Position numbers and translations under genes: made by a program
Notes under the pieces: model-generated
The model's database searches: none
Told to the model about the DNA's origin: nothing
Seen by the model: only the letters and a program-made list of their open reading frames with translations
Shown here: positions 28,648 to 38,372 of the stretch, piece after piece
Layout of the letters: the number at the start of each line of letters is the position of its first letter
Numbering within the stretch: position 1 is the stretch's first letter
Source: Eubacterium sp. MSJ-33
GTDB taxonomy: Bacteria; Bacillota; Clostridia; Lachnospirales; Lachnospiraceae
Reading direction: 5' to 3'
Assembly: GCF_022174665.1 (NCBI RefSeq)
Contig: NZ_CP076562.1
Span: forward strand, 1-64,000
Length of the DNA: 64,000 nucleotides

Positions 28648-30378
28648 ATGCAGGAAAATTATGAGTTAGTACAACGAGGTTTTCGAAAACTGGTAGTTAC
28701 GTTTTCTGGTTATATTGGAAGGGAATTCAGTAAAAAATATAAAAATGCATGGTGGGACGAAGTGTTAGAGGCATTATCAGACCAGCATGATTTGCCAAGT
28801 GATGGTGAATATGGATATCTGATAGATTCATTAGATATTTTAAATTGTATTCGCTTATTAGAACGCAGGTGGAAAGAAGTTTTTCAAGATGAGTTACCTT
28901 TGAACTGTCGTACATGGGCAAAAGAACTTAAGGGGATTAGGAATAAAGTCGCTCATATTGGTCAGCAGGATTTGGATCAGCCCATAGCAGAACGTGCACT
29001 TGACACGATGCGTTTGCTATGTAAAGAATTGGATTCGGATGATGCGGCAGAAATTGAAAAAATATATGAAGAGGTTAGAAAAAGAGCAAATGATTATCGA
29101 CCGGTGACGCGTATTTTTGAGGGAGTAGAGCAACCGGCTTCAGAATCTAATCGCGGTGAATTGATGAAAGATAGTCTTCTTCAGCTTGTCGGAACGGATG
29201 TGGTTCAGAAAACAACGTTGACAAGGAAGGTAACATATGGAGGGAAAACAGTTATTTACCCGGTGTATCGGATTCGCTTAGACTATCTTTTTTATAATGA
29301 TCAGAATGATCGAATAGCAACCTGGATTACCCGATATCAGGCTGAAAATGGCGAAGATTCTTTGCTTGAGCTAGGGAGAGAAGAATACAATAATGTTATT
29401 GAAACATTTATATATGAAAGCAATCCGGATGCAATATCAAAAACACAAAAAAATATTTTGTTGGTCGGACAACGTGAGCCGGGAGTTACTTTATCAGATG
29501 GGCGTATTGTGGATGGAAACCGAAGATACACTTGTTTGCGAAGAATTCAACGTGAGAAAATAGGACCTGTTTATTTTGAAACAGTAATTATGGATATGGA
29601 TATCCGGGAAGACAAGAAACAGATAAAATTATTGGAACTTGCAATACAGCACGGAGAAGAAAAAAAGGTAGACTATGATTTGATTGATTATGCGATTGGT
29701 ACATATAGGGATATTGTGCAGACAAAGCTGCTTACATTGGACGAATACGCAACAGGGACAAATGAAAAACCGGCAGATGTAAAAAATCGAATTGAAATTG
29801 CAGAAATTATTAGTGAGTTCCTAAAGTATATAAAGCTTCCGGAGCAATATCACATTGCGAGGGAATATCAGGTTTATAGTTTGTTTCAGGAGATGATGGC
29901 TCCGCTTAAAAAGTTGAATGAATCAGAAAAGGCGCAACTAAAGAAAATAACATTTAATAATGCTATGATGAAAGTTATACCTGACCAGAGAAAATTTATA
30001 CGAGATATTAAAGGACTGGTTAAAAATGGCACCTATGAATCATATTTTGAAGAACAAATGAATTGGATTAATGTGATTCGGGACAAGTTTGATATGTGCG
30101 AAGTTCATTCTAAAAGTGATATAGACAAGTTTGCAGAAGAAAATGCGAAGATTGCAGAGGAATTGCAAATATCGATGGAAAGAGCTCTGCAAAAATCCCG
30201 GTCAATAATATTAAAAAATAAACCGGTAGAAAATGTGTCAAAAAGTATTACTCTTTTAACAGAGGTGGATTCCAGACTGTTTGGAAGGTTGGAAGAGGAA
30301 GAGAAAAAGCAATTAAAAGACGAATTGGATGAACTTGCAAGAATTGTAGATGTGTTTCGGGAAAAACTTGTGAGGTAG
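28648..30378 (+). CDS. HEPN (Swt1-like, Rx4H) N-terminal domain fused to ParB/Srx-like (DUF262/DGQHR-type) domain
   Basis: GIRNKVAH at 28939-28956 at the end of a ~110-aa helical domain with conserved W/R pattern; downstream IVDGNRRYTCLRRI matches the ParB/DUF262 DG(Q/N)(Q/H)R motif. Confidence 0.5.
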   Translation: MQENYELVQRGFRKLVVTFSGYIGREFSKKYKNAWWDEVLEALSDQHDLPSDGEYGYLIDSLDILNCIRLLERRWKEVFQDELPLNCRTWAKELKGIRNKVAHIGQQDLDQPIAERALDTMRLLCKELDSDDAAEIEKIYEEVRKRANDYRPVTRIFEGVEQPASESNRGELMKDSLLQLVGTDVVQKTTLTRKVTYGGKTVIYPVYRIRLDYLFYNDQNDRIATWITRYQAENGEDSLLELGREEYNNVIETFIYESNPDAISKTQKNILLVGQREPGVTLSDGRIVDGNRRYTCLRRIQREKIGPVYFETVIMDMDIREDKKQIKLLELAIQHGEEKKVDYDLIDYAIGTYRDIVQTKLLTLDEYATGTNEKPADVKNRIEIAEIISEFLKYIKLPEQYHIAREYQVYSLFQEMMAPLKKLNESEKAQLKKITFNNAMMKVIPDQRKFIRDIKGLVKNGTYESYFEEQMNWINVIRDKFDMCEVHSKSDIDKFAEENAKIAEELQISMERALQKSRSIILKNKPVENVSKSITLLTEVDSRLFGRLEEEEKKQLKDELDELARIVDVFREKLVR

Positions 30379-30383
30379 GGGTT

Positions 30384-33302
30384 ATGAATATAAAAATATT
30401 ATCAATTGATGAAATAGGTTTGTCAAATCGTTCTGTGAATGCACTACATAGGGTGGAAATATATACAGTTGGGGAGATGATAGAATTAAACGAAGAATTT
30501 TTGCATAAGATTAGAAATATTGGAGAAAAATCAATTGAAGAAATTTGTAAGAAAATACAGGAATATAAAATATTGGAAACAAATTCGAATATTGAAGTTC
30601 CGGAAGATTTTGATGAATGGATTTTGGTTGAATCCAACCAGCAATTTGTAATAACGTGGTTAAGAGATAATAAGATAAAAATCGACGAATTAGAATTATT
30701 ATCGGTACGGGCATATAATTTGCTGATATTTTCAGGGTATGAGTATTTGTATCAGGTGGCTTTTCTTACAGAAAAAGATTTGATGCAGATTCCCAGAATG
30801 GACAGCTCATCTGCATTAGAAATTGTTCGGTATGTATCAAGATATATTGCGGAACAACAAGAACAAATTATTGCGTCAATTGTTCAGATGCAGTCTAAGG
30901 AGACACCATTAAATCAGGTGTCAGTTTTTGATATACTTGATAAAATTGAATATCATGATGTGATATTGGACTTTGTGAAATTGCATGATATTTTGCTTGA
31001 TGGAATGAATATTTCCAATCGGGCAAAAAATAGCTTGAGTATAAGCGGGTATTATTATCTTAGTGATATAGTATTTATGACATATACGCAGCTGAAAAAT
31101 ATACCATCTATGGGAGCTGGAACGGCAAAAGAAGTTATAGATAAAATAAATGAATATCTAAGTAAATATGAAGCGAGAATTTTGGCATTCGTTAGTGGTG
31201 ATGTGTCTGGGTTATGGGATGACACAGAAATACAACAGAGGATTTGGAATCAGTTTCGTGATATTGGATTTCAAGGACTTAGTCTGAATGAAATAGTAGA
31301 ACGGATGAAGCTTCCGGAACAAGTGACGATAGAGCGAATAAAGAAAAATATAGGTCAGCTGATTGTTGATAAAAAATTAGAATATGTAGATTATCGATGT
31401 TACCGTGTGTATGCGCGGTTTGCGGATTATTTGGAGCAATGTGATGTTATTGATGAAAGATCAAAAAATATTTTAAGAAAACGATTGCAATCTATGACAT
31501 TAGAAGAGATTGGACAAGAAGAAGGGATAACCAGAGAACGGGTACGTCAAATCCTGAAGAAAGGGATTGTCCAAATTAAAAAAATATATAAGTCAAGGGA
31601 AGGTACCAATTTATTTGATGAGGATTATTATCGATATTTGTATGAAAATTATGATTTTGATAAAAAGGATGGAACGGAATGGCTTGGAATTCCCGTATAC
31701 GTATGGAAATATCTTGAGTTAAATGATGTAAAACAGGGAAAGAAAGAGTTGCAGTCGGCGAGGGAAGATCAACAGGGACTTGATCTTGGAATGCGTTTGA
31801 AAATAAAAAACTATCTTAATAGAAATAAACTTTTTGTGGATGGTAGATGGATTGAAAAGGAGCGTGCGGAATTAGAAAAGGTTGTTATTAGAAAATTTTG
31901 TCAGGAAGATGTATCGTTTGGGAAGTTTTGCCAGATATATAATCAGTTTTTGTTACAGGAAGAAATACCATATGATGAAGATATCTATTATACAGAGACA
32001 GTGTATCGGACAAGAAAAAATCGTATTCGTGATTTAAGATACTTGCTTTGGAAACAGCACGAACAAATAAGATATTATGATATTGATGGACGTGATTATG
32101 ATGAACTTTTGGATACATTAAATCTGGATGCTTATGAGAATATTGAATTGTCGACAGAAAAATTCATGAGAGATTATCCGGAAATTATGAAGAAATATGA
32201 TATCCGGGATAAGTATGAATTACATAATTTATTAAGGAAAATCATACCGGAAGGAAGTTATCATGAGTTTTTCTGTGAACGTACGCCAAATATCAGATTT
32301 GGACACTTTGATCGTGATGCTGCAGTATTGGACATTTTGATTGATAATGCGCCAATAGCTCAGGATGATTTAGCGGATCTAATAAGTGAGGAATATGGAT
32401 TTGATGCGGATGGAATAAAATCTAATTATTTGAAGCCGGTTTCAGAGTATTTACATCAACGTACATATTCGATTGATCAGAAATCCATGTCTGTTGAAAA
32501 TCGAGAATTATTACATGAAGCACTTACAGATGATTTCTATTTTATGGATGAGATTCGACAGATTTATGATAGGTTAATTCCAGGGGCAGATAGAGAAGAG
32601 ATTAATCCGTATAATTTGAAGGTGATGGGATTCCATGTTTATTCAAGATATGCAATTCAAAACCATTCGTCTGTTGATGCGTATTTTGATGACTTATTAA
32701 CGCGGGAAGATATTATAGATATTACAGCGTATAAAAAAAGATATGCATATGTGCAGATGTTTTCGCAGAAGTTGATGGAATTAAAACGAGATTTAACAGT
32801 AATTGAATTTGAAAAAAATCAGATTATTAATTTTAGAAAATTGGAGCAATCAGGTGTTACGAAAAATATGATTCAGGAATTTTGTGATAATGTTTATAAC
32901 TTTATTACAGATGGAACATATTTTAGTATTCAATCCTTGATACAGGATGGCTTTCAGTCTGACTTGCATGAGCTGGGATTTTCTGATTGGTTTTATGCGA
33001 ATTTGTTAATATCTGATGAACGTTTTTCAGCTGCTATGATGTTTGGAAATTTGATTTTTTATAAGGGAAAAGCGTCAATAACGATTAAGATGTTTGAAAA
33101 AGATATTATTTGTAAGTATCAAAGTATGGATACATATGATCTTGTGGATGAACTTACCGATCGGTATGGATGTAAGGTTCCGGATAAATATGATGTTATC
33201 TATAAAGTTCAGGATACAGAGGTGTATTATGATAAAATCTTAGATCGTCTGTATGCCAACATGAATGTATATGATGAAGAATGCGCGAGAGGAGGGTTTT
33301 AA
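30384..33302 (+). CDS. 972-aa protein: 3x RNA-polymerase alpha-CTD-like HhH repeats + sigma-70 region-4-like HTH + ~600-aa unknown C-terminal region
   Basis: LSIDEIGLSNRSVNALHRVEIYTVGEMIELNEEFLHKIRNIGEKSIEEI (alpha-CTD pattern) repeated at aa ~100 and ~200; MTLEEIGQEEGITRERVRQILKKG (sigma r4.2 pattern). Confidence 0.55.
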   Translation: MNIKILSIDEIGLSNRSVNALHRVEIYTVGEMIELNEEFLHKIRNIGEKSIEEICKKIQEYKILETNSNIEVPEDFDEWILVESNQQFVITWLRDNKIKIDELELLSVRAYNLLIFSGYEYLYQVAFLTEKDLMQIPRMDSSSALEIVRYVSRYIAEQQEQIIASIVQMQSKETPLNQVSVFDILDKIEYHDVILDFVKLHDILLDGMNISNRAKNSLSISGYYYLSDIVFMTYTQLKNIPSMGAGTAKEVIDKINEYLSKYEARILAFVSGDVSGLWDDTEIQQRIWNQFRDIGFQGLSLNEIVERMKLPEQVTIERIKKNIGQLIVDKKLEYVDYRCYRVYARFADYLEQCDVIDERSKNILRKRLQSMTLEEIGQEEGITRERVRQILKKGIVQIKKIYKSREGTNLFDEDYYRYLYENYDFDKKDGTEWLGIPVYVWKYLELNDVKQGKKELQSAREDQQGLDLGMRLKIKNYLNRNKLFVDGRWIEKERAELEKVVIRKFCQEDVSFGKFCQIYNQFLLQEEIPYDEDIYYTETVYRTRKNRIRDLRYLLWKQHEQIRYYDIDGRDYDELLDTLNLDAYENIELSTEKFMRDYPEIMKKYDIRDKYELHNLLRKIIPEGSYHEFFCERTPNIRFGHFDRDAAVLDILIDNAPIAQDDLADLISEEYGFDADGIKSNYLKPVSEYLHQRTYSIDQKSMSVENRELLHEALTDDFYFMDEIRQIYDRLIPGADREEINPYNLKVMGFHVYSRYAIQNHSSVDAYFDDLLTREDIIDITAYKKRYAYVQMFSQKLMELKRDLTVIEFEKNQIINFRKLEQSGVTKNMIQEFCDNVYNFITDGTYFSIQSLIQDGFQSDLHELGFSDWFYANLLISDERFSAAMMFGNLIFYKGKASITIKMFEKDIICKYQSMDTYDLVDELTDRYGCKVPDKYDVIYKVQDTEVYYDKILDRLYANMNVYDEECARGGF

Positions 33303-33307
33303 TTATA

Positions 33308-33808
33308 ATGGTTCAGGCAAAAAAACAGTTTCTTGATGAAGTAGAAAAACTTCATGAAAGAAATGAACTATCCAAGAAAGTAGAAGCAACATATTTTGAA
33401 CCGGGAATGATGGAGTATCTGGAACAATCAGAAGGTATATATGAAGAGGGTACAGGGAATGTTATTCTTCGTTTTGAAGTTATGGGAACACGTTATGATG
33501 GTCGGACAGAGCAGATTGAAAAGTTAAAACCGGGGGACTTGATACAAATAGTCAGAGAAAAAGAAAATCCTTACAACTCTAATAATTTTACTTTGCTGAC
33601 AAAACGAGGACAAAATGTGGGGAATATGCCGGCTAATTTATGTAACGCGATTGCACCATTGTATGATGAAGGAAATTTAAAAATCATGGATGCCTCTGTT
33701 AGCTATGTGGAACCTATTTCCAAGAGAAATCGTCATGCCAAGCAAGCTATCTTATTTGTGGAATTAAAGGCAAAACTGAATTCCGCCCTGAATTCCGCCC
33801 CATGCTAG
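33308..33808 (+). CDS. HIRAN domain protein
   Basis: FEVMGTRYDGRTEQIEKLKPGDLIQIVREKENPYNSNNFTLLTKRGQNVGNMPANLCNAIAPLYDEG matches HIRAN (3'-DNA-end binding) pattern; C-terminal 12-bp tandem duplication ctgaattccgcc x2 (LNSALNSA). Confidence 0.55.
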   Translation: MVQAKKQFLDEVEKLHERNELSKKVEATYFEPGMMEYLEQSEGIYEEGTGNVILRFEVMGTRYDGRTEQIEKLKPGDLIQIVREKENPYNSNNFTLLTKRGQNVGNMPANLCNAIAPLYDEGNLKIMDASVSYVEPISKRNRHAKQAILFVELKAKLNSALNSAPC

Positions 33809-33839
33809 CAAATCTTTTTATTTTATGATATGCTAGCAT
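33802..33839. promoter_or_regulatory. operator-like pair of TGCTAGCA palindromes spaced ~20 bp
   Basis: aTGCTAGCAaatctttttattttatgataTGCTAGCAt overlapping stop of HIRAN gene, 27 bp upstream of HipA-like start. Confidence 0.4.
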
Positions 33840-33865
33840 TATCAAAATGAAAGGGCGGACGTAGT

Positions 33866-35002
33866 GTGGGATATATCTTAAAATTATTCGATACAGATCT
33901 TTTGAAGTTTGATGTGATTGAGAACTTGGCAGATCCTGTACTTAAGATAACATGGATGGATGAATCGCGGAAGGCACTGTTTCCACTTGGAATGGAAGTG
34001 TCAGACGACGGAATTGCAAGTTTTATTCGGCATCGTTGTATACCGAAGAACCGGGCATATGTGAATGCGTTTCTGGCAAAAAATGGACTTAGTGCAAATC
34101 GCCCTATGGATGTGATTACGGTATGTAAAGGCCTTTCTCTGAATGATTCGTATTGGATTACAGAAGAGGATTCGGTGCAGAGTTTTGCATCCAGCAACCT
34201 GTACGAGAATCGTTTCAGTCGTTTGCTTGCGTGGACGGCATTTACCGGATATGGCAGTAGTGTGCGGGCAACGTTTTTATCTTCACCGGAATTTACGACG
34301 AATGGTATGCTGCCGAAATGCTGGCGCAGAATGGAGAATAAAATATATCTCTATAAAGGAGCGACTTCCGGTGCAGCCAATACTGGAATGGAACCGTATT
34401 CCGAATTGTATGCGTATGAGATTGGTGCGCATGCCGGATTTTCGGTAATCCCTTATAAAATAAGCGTATGGAAGGGAAATGTATGCTCTGTATGTGAGCT
34501 TTTTACAAGCAAAGATCTGGCATATGTTCCGGCTGGGTATATTATAAAAAAAGGTGGCATGGACGCTGTCCGTAAGTTTTATGGAACATTAGGTGCAGAA
34601 TTTGTGGATGCGTTGGATGAGATGTTGGTATTTGATGCGATTGTCTGCAATACAGATCGCCATTTCGGAAACTTTGGCGTGCTTGTGGACAGTCACACAA
34701 ATCAGATTGCAGCACCGGCGCCATTGTTTGATCATGGCAATGCACTTTTTAATTTGGCGGGTGAAGAAAACTGGGAGAATGAGAACATATTGCAGGCGTA
34801 TATAGACACGTTATTTCCTTGTGTCTATGATGATTTTATGGAGGAAGCGAAGCGTGTGTTGAAACCATCAATTCGGGAAAAGGTAAAAAAGCTTTTAACA
34901 TTCGAAGTGAAAAAGATGGGAAGAACGAATTATGACAGTAAAAAATTGAAGCTTATGACAAAGATTATTCAGAAGCGCGCAAGAGCACTTTTGGAATCAT
35001 AA
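33866..35002 (+). CDS. HipA-like Ser/Thr kinase domain protein (no adjacent HipB-type HTH gene)
   Basis: HipA_C motifs VFDAIVCNTDRHFGNFGVL and APLFDHGNAL; GTG start. Confidence 0.6.
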   Translation: MGYILKLFDTDLLKFDVIENLADPVLKITWMDESRKALFPLGMEVSDDGIASFIRHRCIPKNRAYVNAFLAKNGLSANRPMDVITVCKGLSLNDSYWITEEDSVQSFASSNLYENRFSRLLAWTAFTGYGSSVRATFLSSPEFTTNGMLPKCWRRMENKIYLYKGATSGAANTGMEPYSELYAYEIGAHAGFSVIPYKISVWKGNVCSVCELFTSKDLAYVPAGYIIKKGGMDAVRKFYGTLGAEFVDALDEMLVFDAIVCNTDRHFGNFGVLVDSHTNQIAAPAPLFDHGNALFNLAGEENWENENILQAYIDTLFPCVYDDFMEEAKRVLKPSIREKVKKLLTFEVKKMGRTNYDSKKLKLMTKIIQKRARALLES

Positions 35003-35010
35003 TGAAAAAT

Positions 35011-35050
35011 GACTCTCTGGAATCATAAATGATTTCAGAGAGTTTTTTAT
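35011..35050 (+). terminator. rho-independent terminator, right edge of island
   Basis: gactctctggaatcat / atgatttcagagagtt stem + ttttttat. Confidence 0.5.
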
Positions 35051-35235
35051 AACATGAACAACCTATAAAATCGACACATTCCCCTATAAAAATCCCCTAT
35101 TATCCGATATAATAATATGTGAAAATAATAGTAGTTAATTGTGTGATACAGGAAACGTGTTTACACGTGTGAAGTCACCGGGCGGTGTCCGGTGACTTTC
35201 CTGTAAATGAGCAAAAACGCGAAGGAGAATAATCT

Positions 35236-36540
35236 ATGATTCGAATGGAGATTGCGCTGATACTGATTCTGGCGTTTGTGGCAGGAATCTATTTCTCGGC
35301 GAGGCGGAGACAGACTGCGTTACATAAGACATTTTCGGCACTTTTGATCGTGGTGATCGTGCATCTGATGTTTGATGCTGCGACGATTTATACGGTCAAC
35401 CACCTTGATCGCATACTGCTTGTGTTGAACGATGTTTTGCACCGGCTGTTTGTCGGTACGATGGCATTGGTGTTGTTCTTTTTCTATCAGTACATCGCGA
35501 TACTGGTGGAGGAAGAGACCGGAAAGAAGCGGACACTGGATCTGCCGGCACGGATATTTCTTGTGATTTCAGAAGTCGGGGCGATGATACTCCCGATTAC
35601 TTACACCGAGACACCGGATGGAAATTACTCAGCAGGACTTTACGCATATGTTAGCTATGTCAGTGTGGCGGTGTATCTCATACTTTGTTCATGGCTGCTG
35701 CTTGCGAACTGGAAGAGGATGAACAACAAGAAGAAATTCGCCATCGGTATGGCGCTGATCTTCGAGTTCACTATCTGCTTCCTGCAGGGACTGCATCATA
35801 CATGGCTTATCAGCGGAATGGGAATCACGCTTATGACGCTCGCGTTCTATCTGACGCTGGAGAACCCGGACGCTCTGCGTGCGGAGCTTACGGAACAGAA
35901 GATGTCAATGCTCTATCTGAAAAGTCAGGTCAATCCACATTTCTTATATAATACGCTCGATACGATCCGGATTCAGGCGGAATTGGATGGAGATAAGAAG
36001 GTTGCGAAGCTTCTGATGCGGCTCGTGGATTTCTTTCGGCTGAGTGTCAAGGTCGACCGTTCGATGGTCACGCTCGATGATGAGCTCGAACTTGTGGAAG
36101 CATATATGGAGCTGATGTGTTACCGGTATCCGGAGCTCTTCTGCGATTATGATATCGATCCGGACTTAGGGGCAGTGCAGGTACCGAACTTTATCTTACA
36201 GCCGCTGGTGGAGAACAGTCTGCTGCATGGAATGAAGAACCGCGGATACCGGGGCGAAATCGAGATATCCGTAAAACGCGCAGGCGCAGATATGGAGATC
36301 TGCATCAAAGACAGTGGCAGCGGATTTGAAGAGGGGATGAAAGCGCAGATTGACAAGATGTTACTGCACTACAACAAGCAGGAGGCAAAGCTGGATGGAA
36401 ACAGTATCGGGATCCTGAATGTGCAGAAGCGGATCAAATATCTGTGCGGCAGAAAATATGGACTATCCTATGAGGAAAACAGCGCGGGAGGTGTGACAGC
36501 GCGGTTGCTATTGCCGGTTAGTAAGGAGGAAGCATCATGA
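35236..36540 (+). CDS. sensor histidine kinase, YesM/LytS-type (His_kinase PF06580-like)
   Basis: Polytopic N-terminus, NPHFLYNTLDTI H-box, HATPase C-terminus. Confidence 0.85.
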   Translation: MIRMEIALILILAFVAGIYFSARRRQTALHKTFSALLIVVIVHLMFDAATIYTVNHLDRILLVLNDVLHRLFVGTMALVLFFFYQYIAILVEEETGKKRTLDLPARIFLVISEVGAMILPITYTETPDGNYSAGLYAYVSYVSVAVYLILCSWLLLANWKRMNNKKKFAIGMALIFEFTICFLQGLHHTWLISGMGITLMTLAFYLTLENPDALRAELTEQKMSMLYLKSQVNPHFLYNTLDTIRIQAELDGDKKVAKLLMRLVDFFRLSVKVDRSMVTLDDELELVEAYMELMCYRYPELFCDYDIDPDLGAVQVPNFILQPLVENSLLHGMKNRGYRGEIEISVKRAGADMEICIKDSGSGFEEGMKAQIDKMLLHYNKQEAKLDGNSIGILNVQKRIKYLCGRKYGLSYEENSAGGVTARLLLPVSKEEAS

Positions 36541-37268
36541 GGAAATTACGCGTCGTATTAGTCGACGATGAGATTATGATACGTGAGGGATTCAAGAAAT
36601 TATTTGACTGGGGCGCACATGACTGTGAAGTCGTGGGCGAGGCAGCGGATGGTGTCGAGGCGCTTGGGGTAATCGACAGTCTGGTGCCGGATATCGTGAT
36701 CATGGATATCAATATCCCGATTATGAACGGCCTGAAGGTCATCCAGACCAGCCGCCTGAAATACCCGGATATGGCATTTATCGTTGTATCGGGATACGAT
36801 GATTTTTCTTATTGCAGGGAAGCATTGCGGTTGCAGATTACGGACTACATCCTGAAACCGGTCGACTATGAGGAGTTCGGGAACACGATCGATCATTTGA
36901 AGATATCGATATTCGAGAAGCAGACGAAGGATGTGACACCCGGCAGTGAAGCGTCAACGATTGTTGGAATTGTACGGTATATGCAGGAGCATCTGGCAGA
37001 AGAAATCAGCTTGAATGTTCTCGCGGAAACATTTCATCTGAGCGCACAGTATATCAGCCAGCTCTTCAAGAATGAGATCGGTGTGAATTTCCTTGCTTAT
37101 CTGACGACAATCCGTATGGAGTGTGCGAAGAAGCTGCTCGTCTCGACACAGTTATCCGTTGCGGAGATTTCTGAGCGGTGCGGCTATGCCGATTACCGGG
37201 TGTTTACCAAGGTATTCAAGAAGACGGAGGGCAGTACACCGTCGCAGTATCGCAGAGATTTTTTGTAA
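36537..37268 (+). CDS. response regulator with AraC-type HTH (YesN-like)
   Basis: Receiver MRKLRVVLVDDE...DIVIMDINIP; C-terminal AraC HTH; 4-bp overlap with kinase gene. Confidence 0.85.
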   Translation: MRKLRVVLVDDEIMIREGFKKLFDWGAHDCEVVGEAADGVEALGVIDSLVPDIVIMDINIPIMNGLKVIQTSRLKYPDMAFIVVSGYDDFSYCREALRLQITDYILKPVDYEEFGNTIDHLKISIFEKQTKDVTPGSEASTIVGIVRYMQEHLAEEISLNVLAETFHLSAQYISQLFKNEIGVNFLAYLTTIRMECAKKLLVSTQLSVAEISERCGYADYRVFTKVFKKTEGSTPSQYRRDFL

Positions 37269-37441
37269 AAGATATAAATCTGTAACAAGAATGATGCAGA
37301 AATGATGCATGCCGGATGTATGATTTAGGTTATAAAAAGAAAAACGGAAAATATCTGAAGAATTGACACATTTAGATAGAAAAAAAGCCTATTTTCTTTT
37401 TATATCAATCGTTATAATACAACCGAAAGAAGGAAAGAACT

Positions 37442-37912
37442 ATGAGAAAGAAAGCATGGATTTTATGTACGGCAATGGTAGTGGCTTTGGCGGGATGCAG
37501 CAATGTGAGTGATAATAATACGACCGATATCATCCAGGTGAGCAGCGAGACGGTGACTACAACGGAAGCAGCAACGGAAGTTACGACAACCACCGAAAAT
37601 GAAACTACGACCGAATCTGTTACGGAGAGCAATACCCCGGACAGCACATTACAGTCAGAAGGTTCAAATACAGGGAAGACGGAACCCGCTGCGACAGAAG
37701 CTAAGACGACGGAATCCCAGTCACAGGAAGGCGAGCCATCCGATGATTCGTGGAAGGAAGAATTTGAGAAGACGCTGTATGAGGAGTATGGTGTGGTGCC
37801 GGATCATTACGAATATATCGGAAATGATGTCTATCAGGTCTATGTGAAAATCGATGGGAAGATCGTGCCTTATGTGGCAGTGAATTGGAAGACGGGAGAT
37901 TTCCATGGATAG
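37442..37912 (+). CDS. Thr/Glu-rich lipoprotein
   Basis: Lipobox LAGCS, low-complexity T/E-rich linker. Confidence 0.5.
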   Translation: MRKKAWILCTAMVVALAGCSNVSDNNTTDIIQVSSETVTTTEAATEVTTTTENETTTESVTESNTPDSTLQSEGSNTGKTEPAATEAKTTESQSQEGEPSDDSWKEEFEKTLYEEYGVVPDHYEYIGNDVYQVYVKIDGKIVPYVAVNWKTGDFHG

Positions 37913-37930
37913 AAGAAAGGATAAAGACGG

Positions 37931-38290
37931 GTGAAAGAAATGGGCGATGCAAACAAAATCACAGGATATGGAGAACATAGAGAATTATATCGGATTTCAA
38001 CGGATGAAATCCTGTATTTTGAGGCGGTAGGAGAGAAAGTGTTTGCCTATACGGAACAGGAAATTTATGAGATAAAGAATCGCCTTTACCAGATTGAAGA
38101 GAAGGTAAATGCGTATGATTTTACCCGGGCATCCAAATCCATGCTTGTAAATACAGACAGAATCTCAAGTATTGCTTCGATTTCAGGCAGCCGTGGGAAG
38201 ATTATGATGGATAACGGTGAGGCTGTTATTGCAAGCCGCATGTACTACAAACCATTGCTTTCATCCATGAAATGGAAGAAAATCAGTTAA
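37931..38290 (+). CDS. LytTR-family DNA-binding domain protein (stand-alone)
   Basis: ISTDEILYFEAVGEKVFAYT...YEIKNRLYQIEEKV...FTRASKSMLVNTDRI pattern of LytTR. Confidence 0.55.
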   Translation: MKEMGDANKITGYGEHRELYRISTDEILYFEAVGEKVFAYTEQEIYEIKNRLYQIEEKVNAYDFTRASKSMLVNTDRISSIASISGSRGKIMMDNGEAVIASRMYYKPLLSSMKWKKIS

Positions 38291-38372
38291 TACTTTTTGT
38301 GTTTTTTTCTGACAGAAAATATGCTATGATGAAATGCGAATTGGCATAAAGGTTAGAAAAAGGAGACACAAA

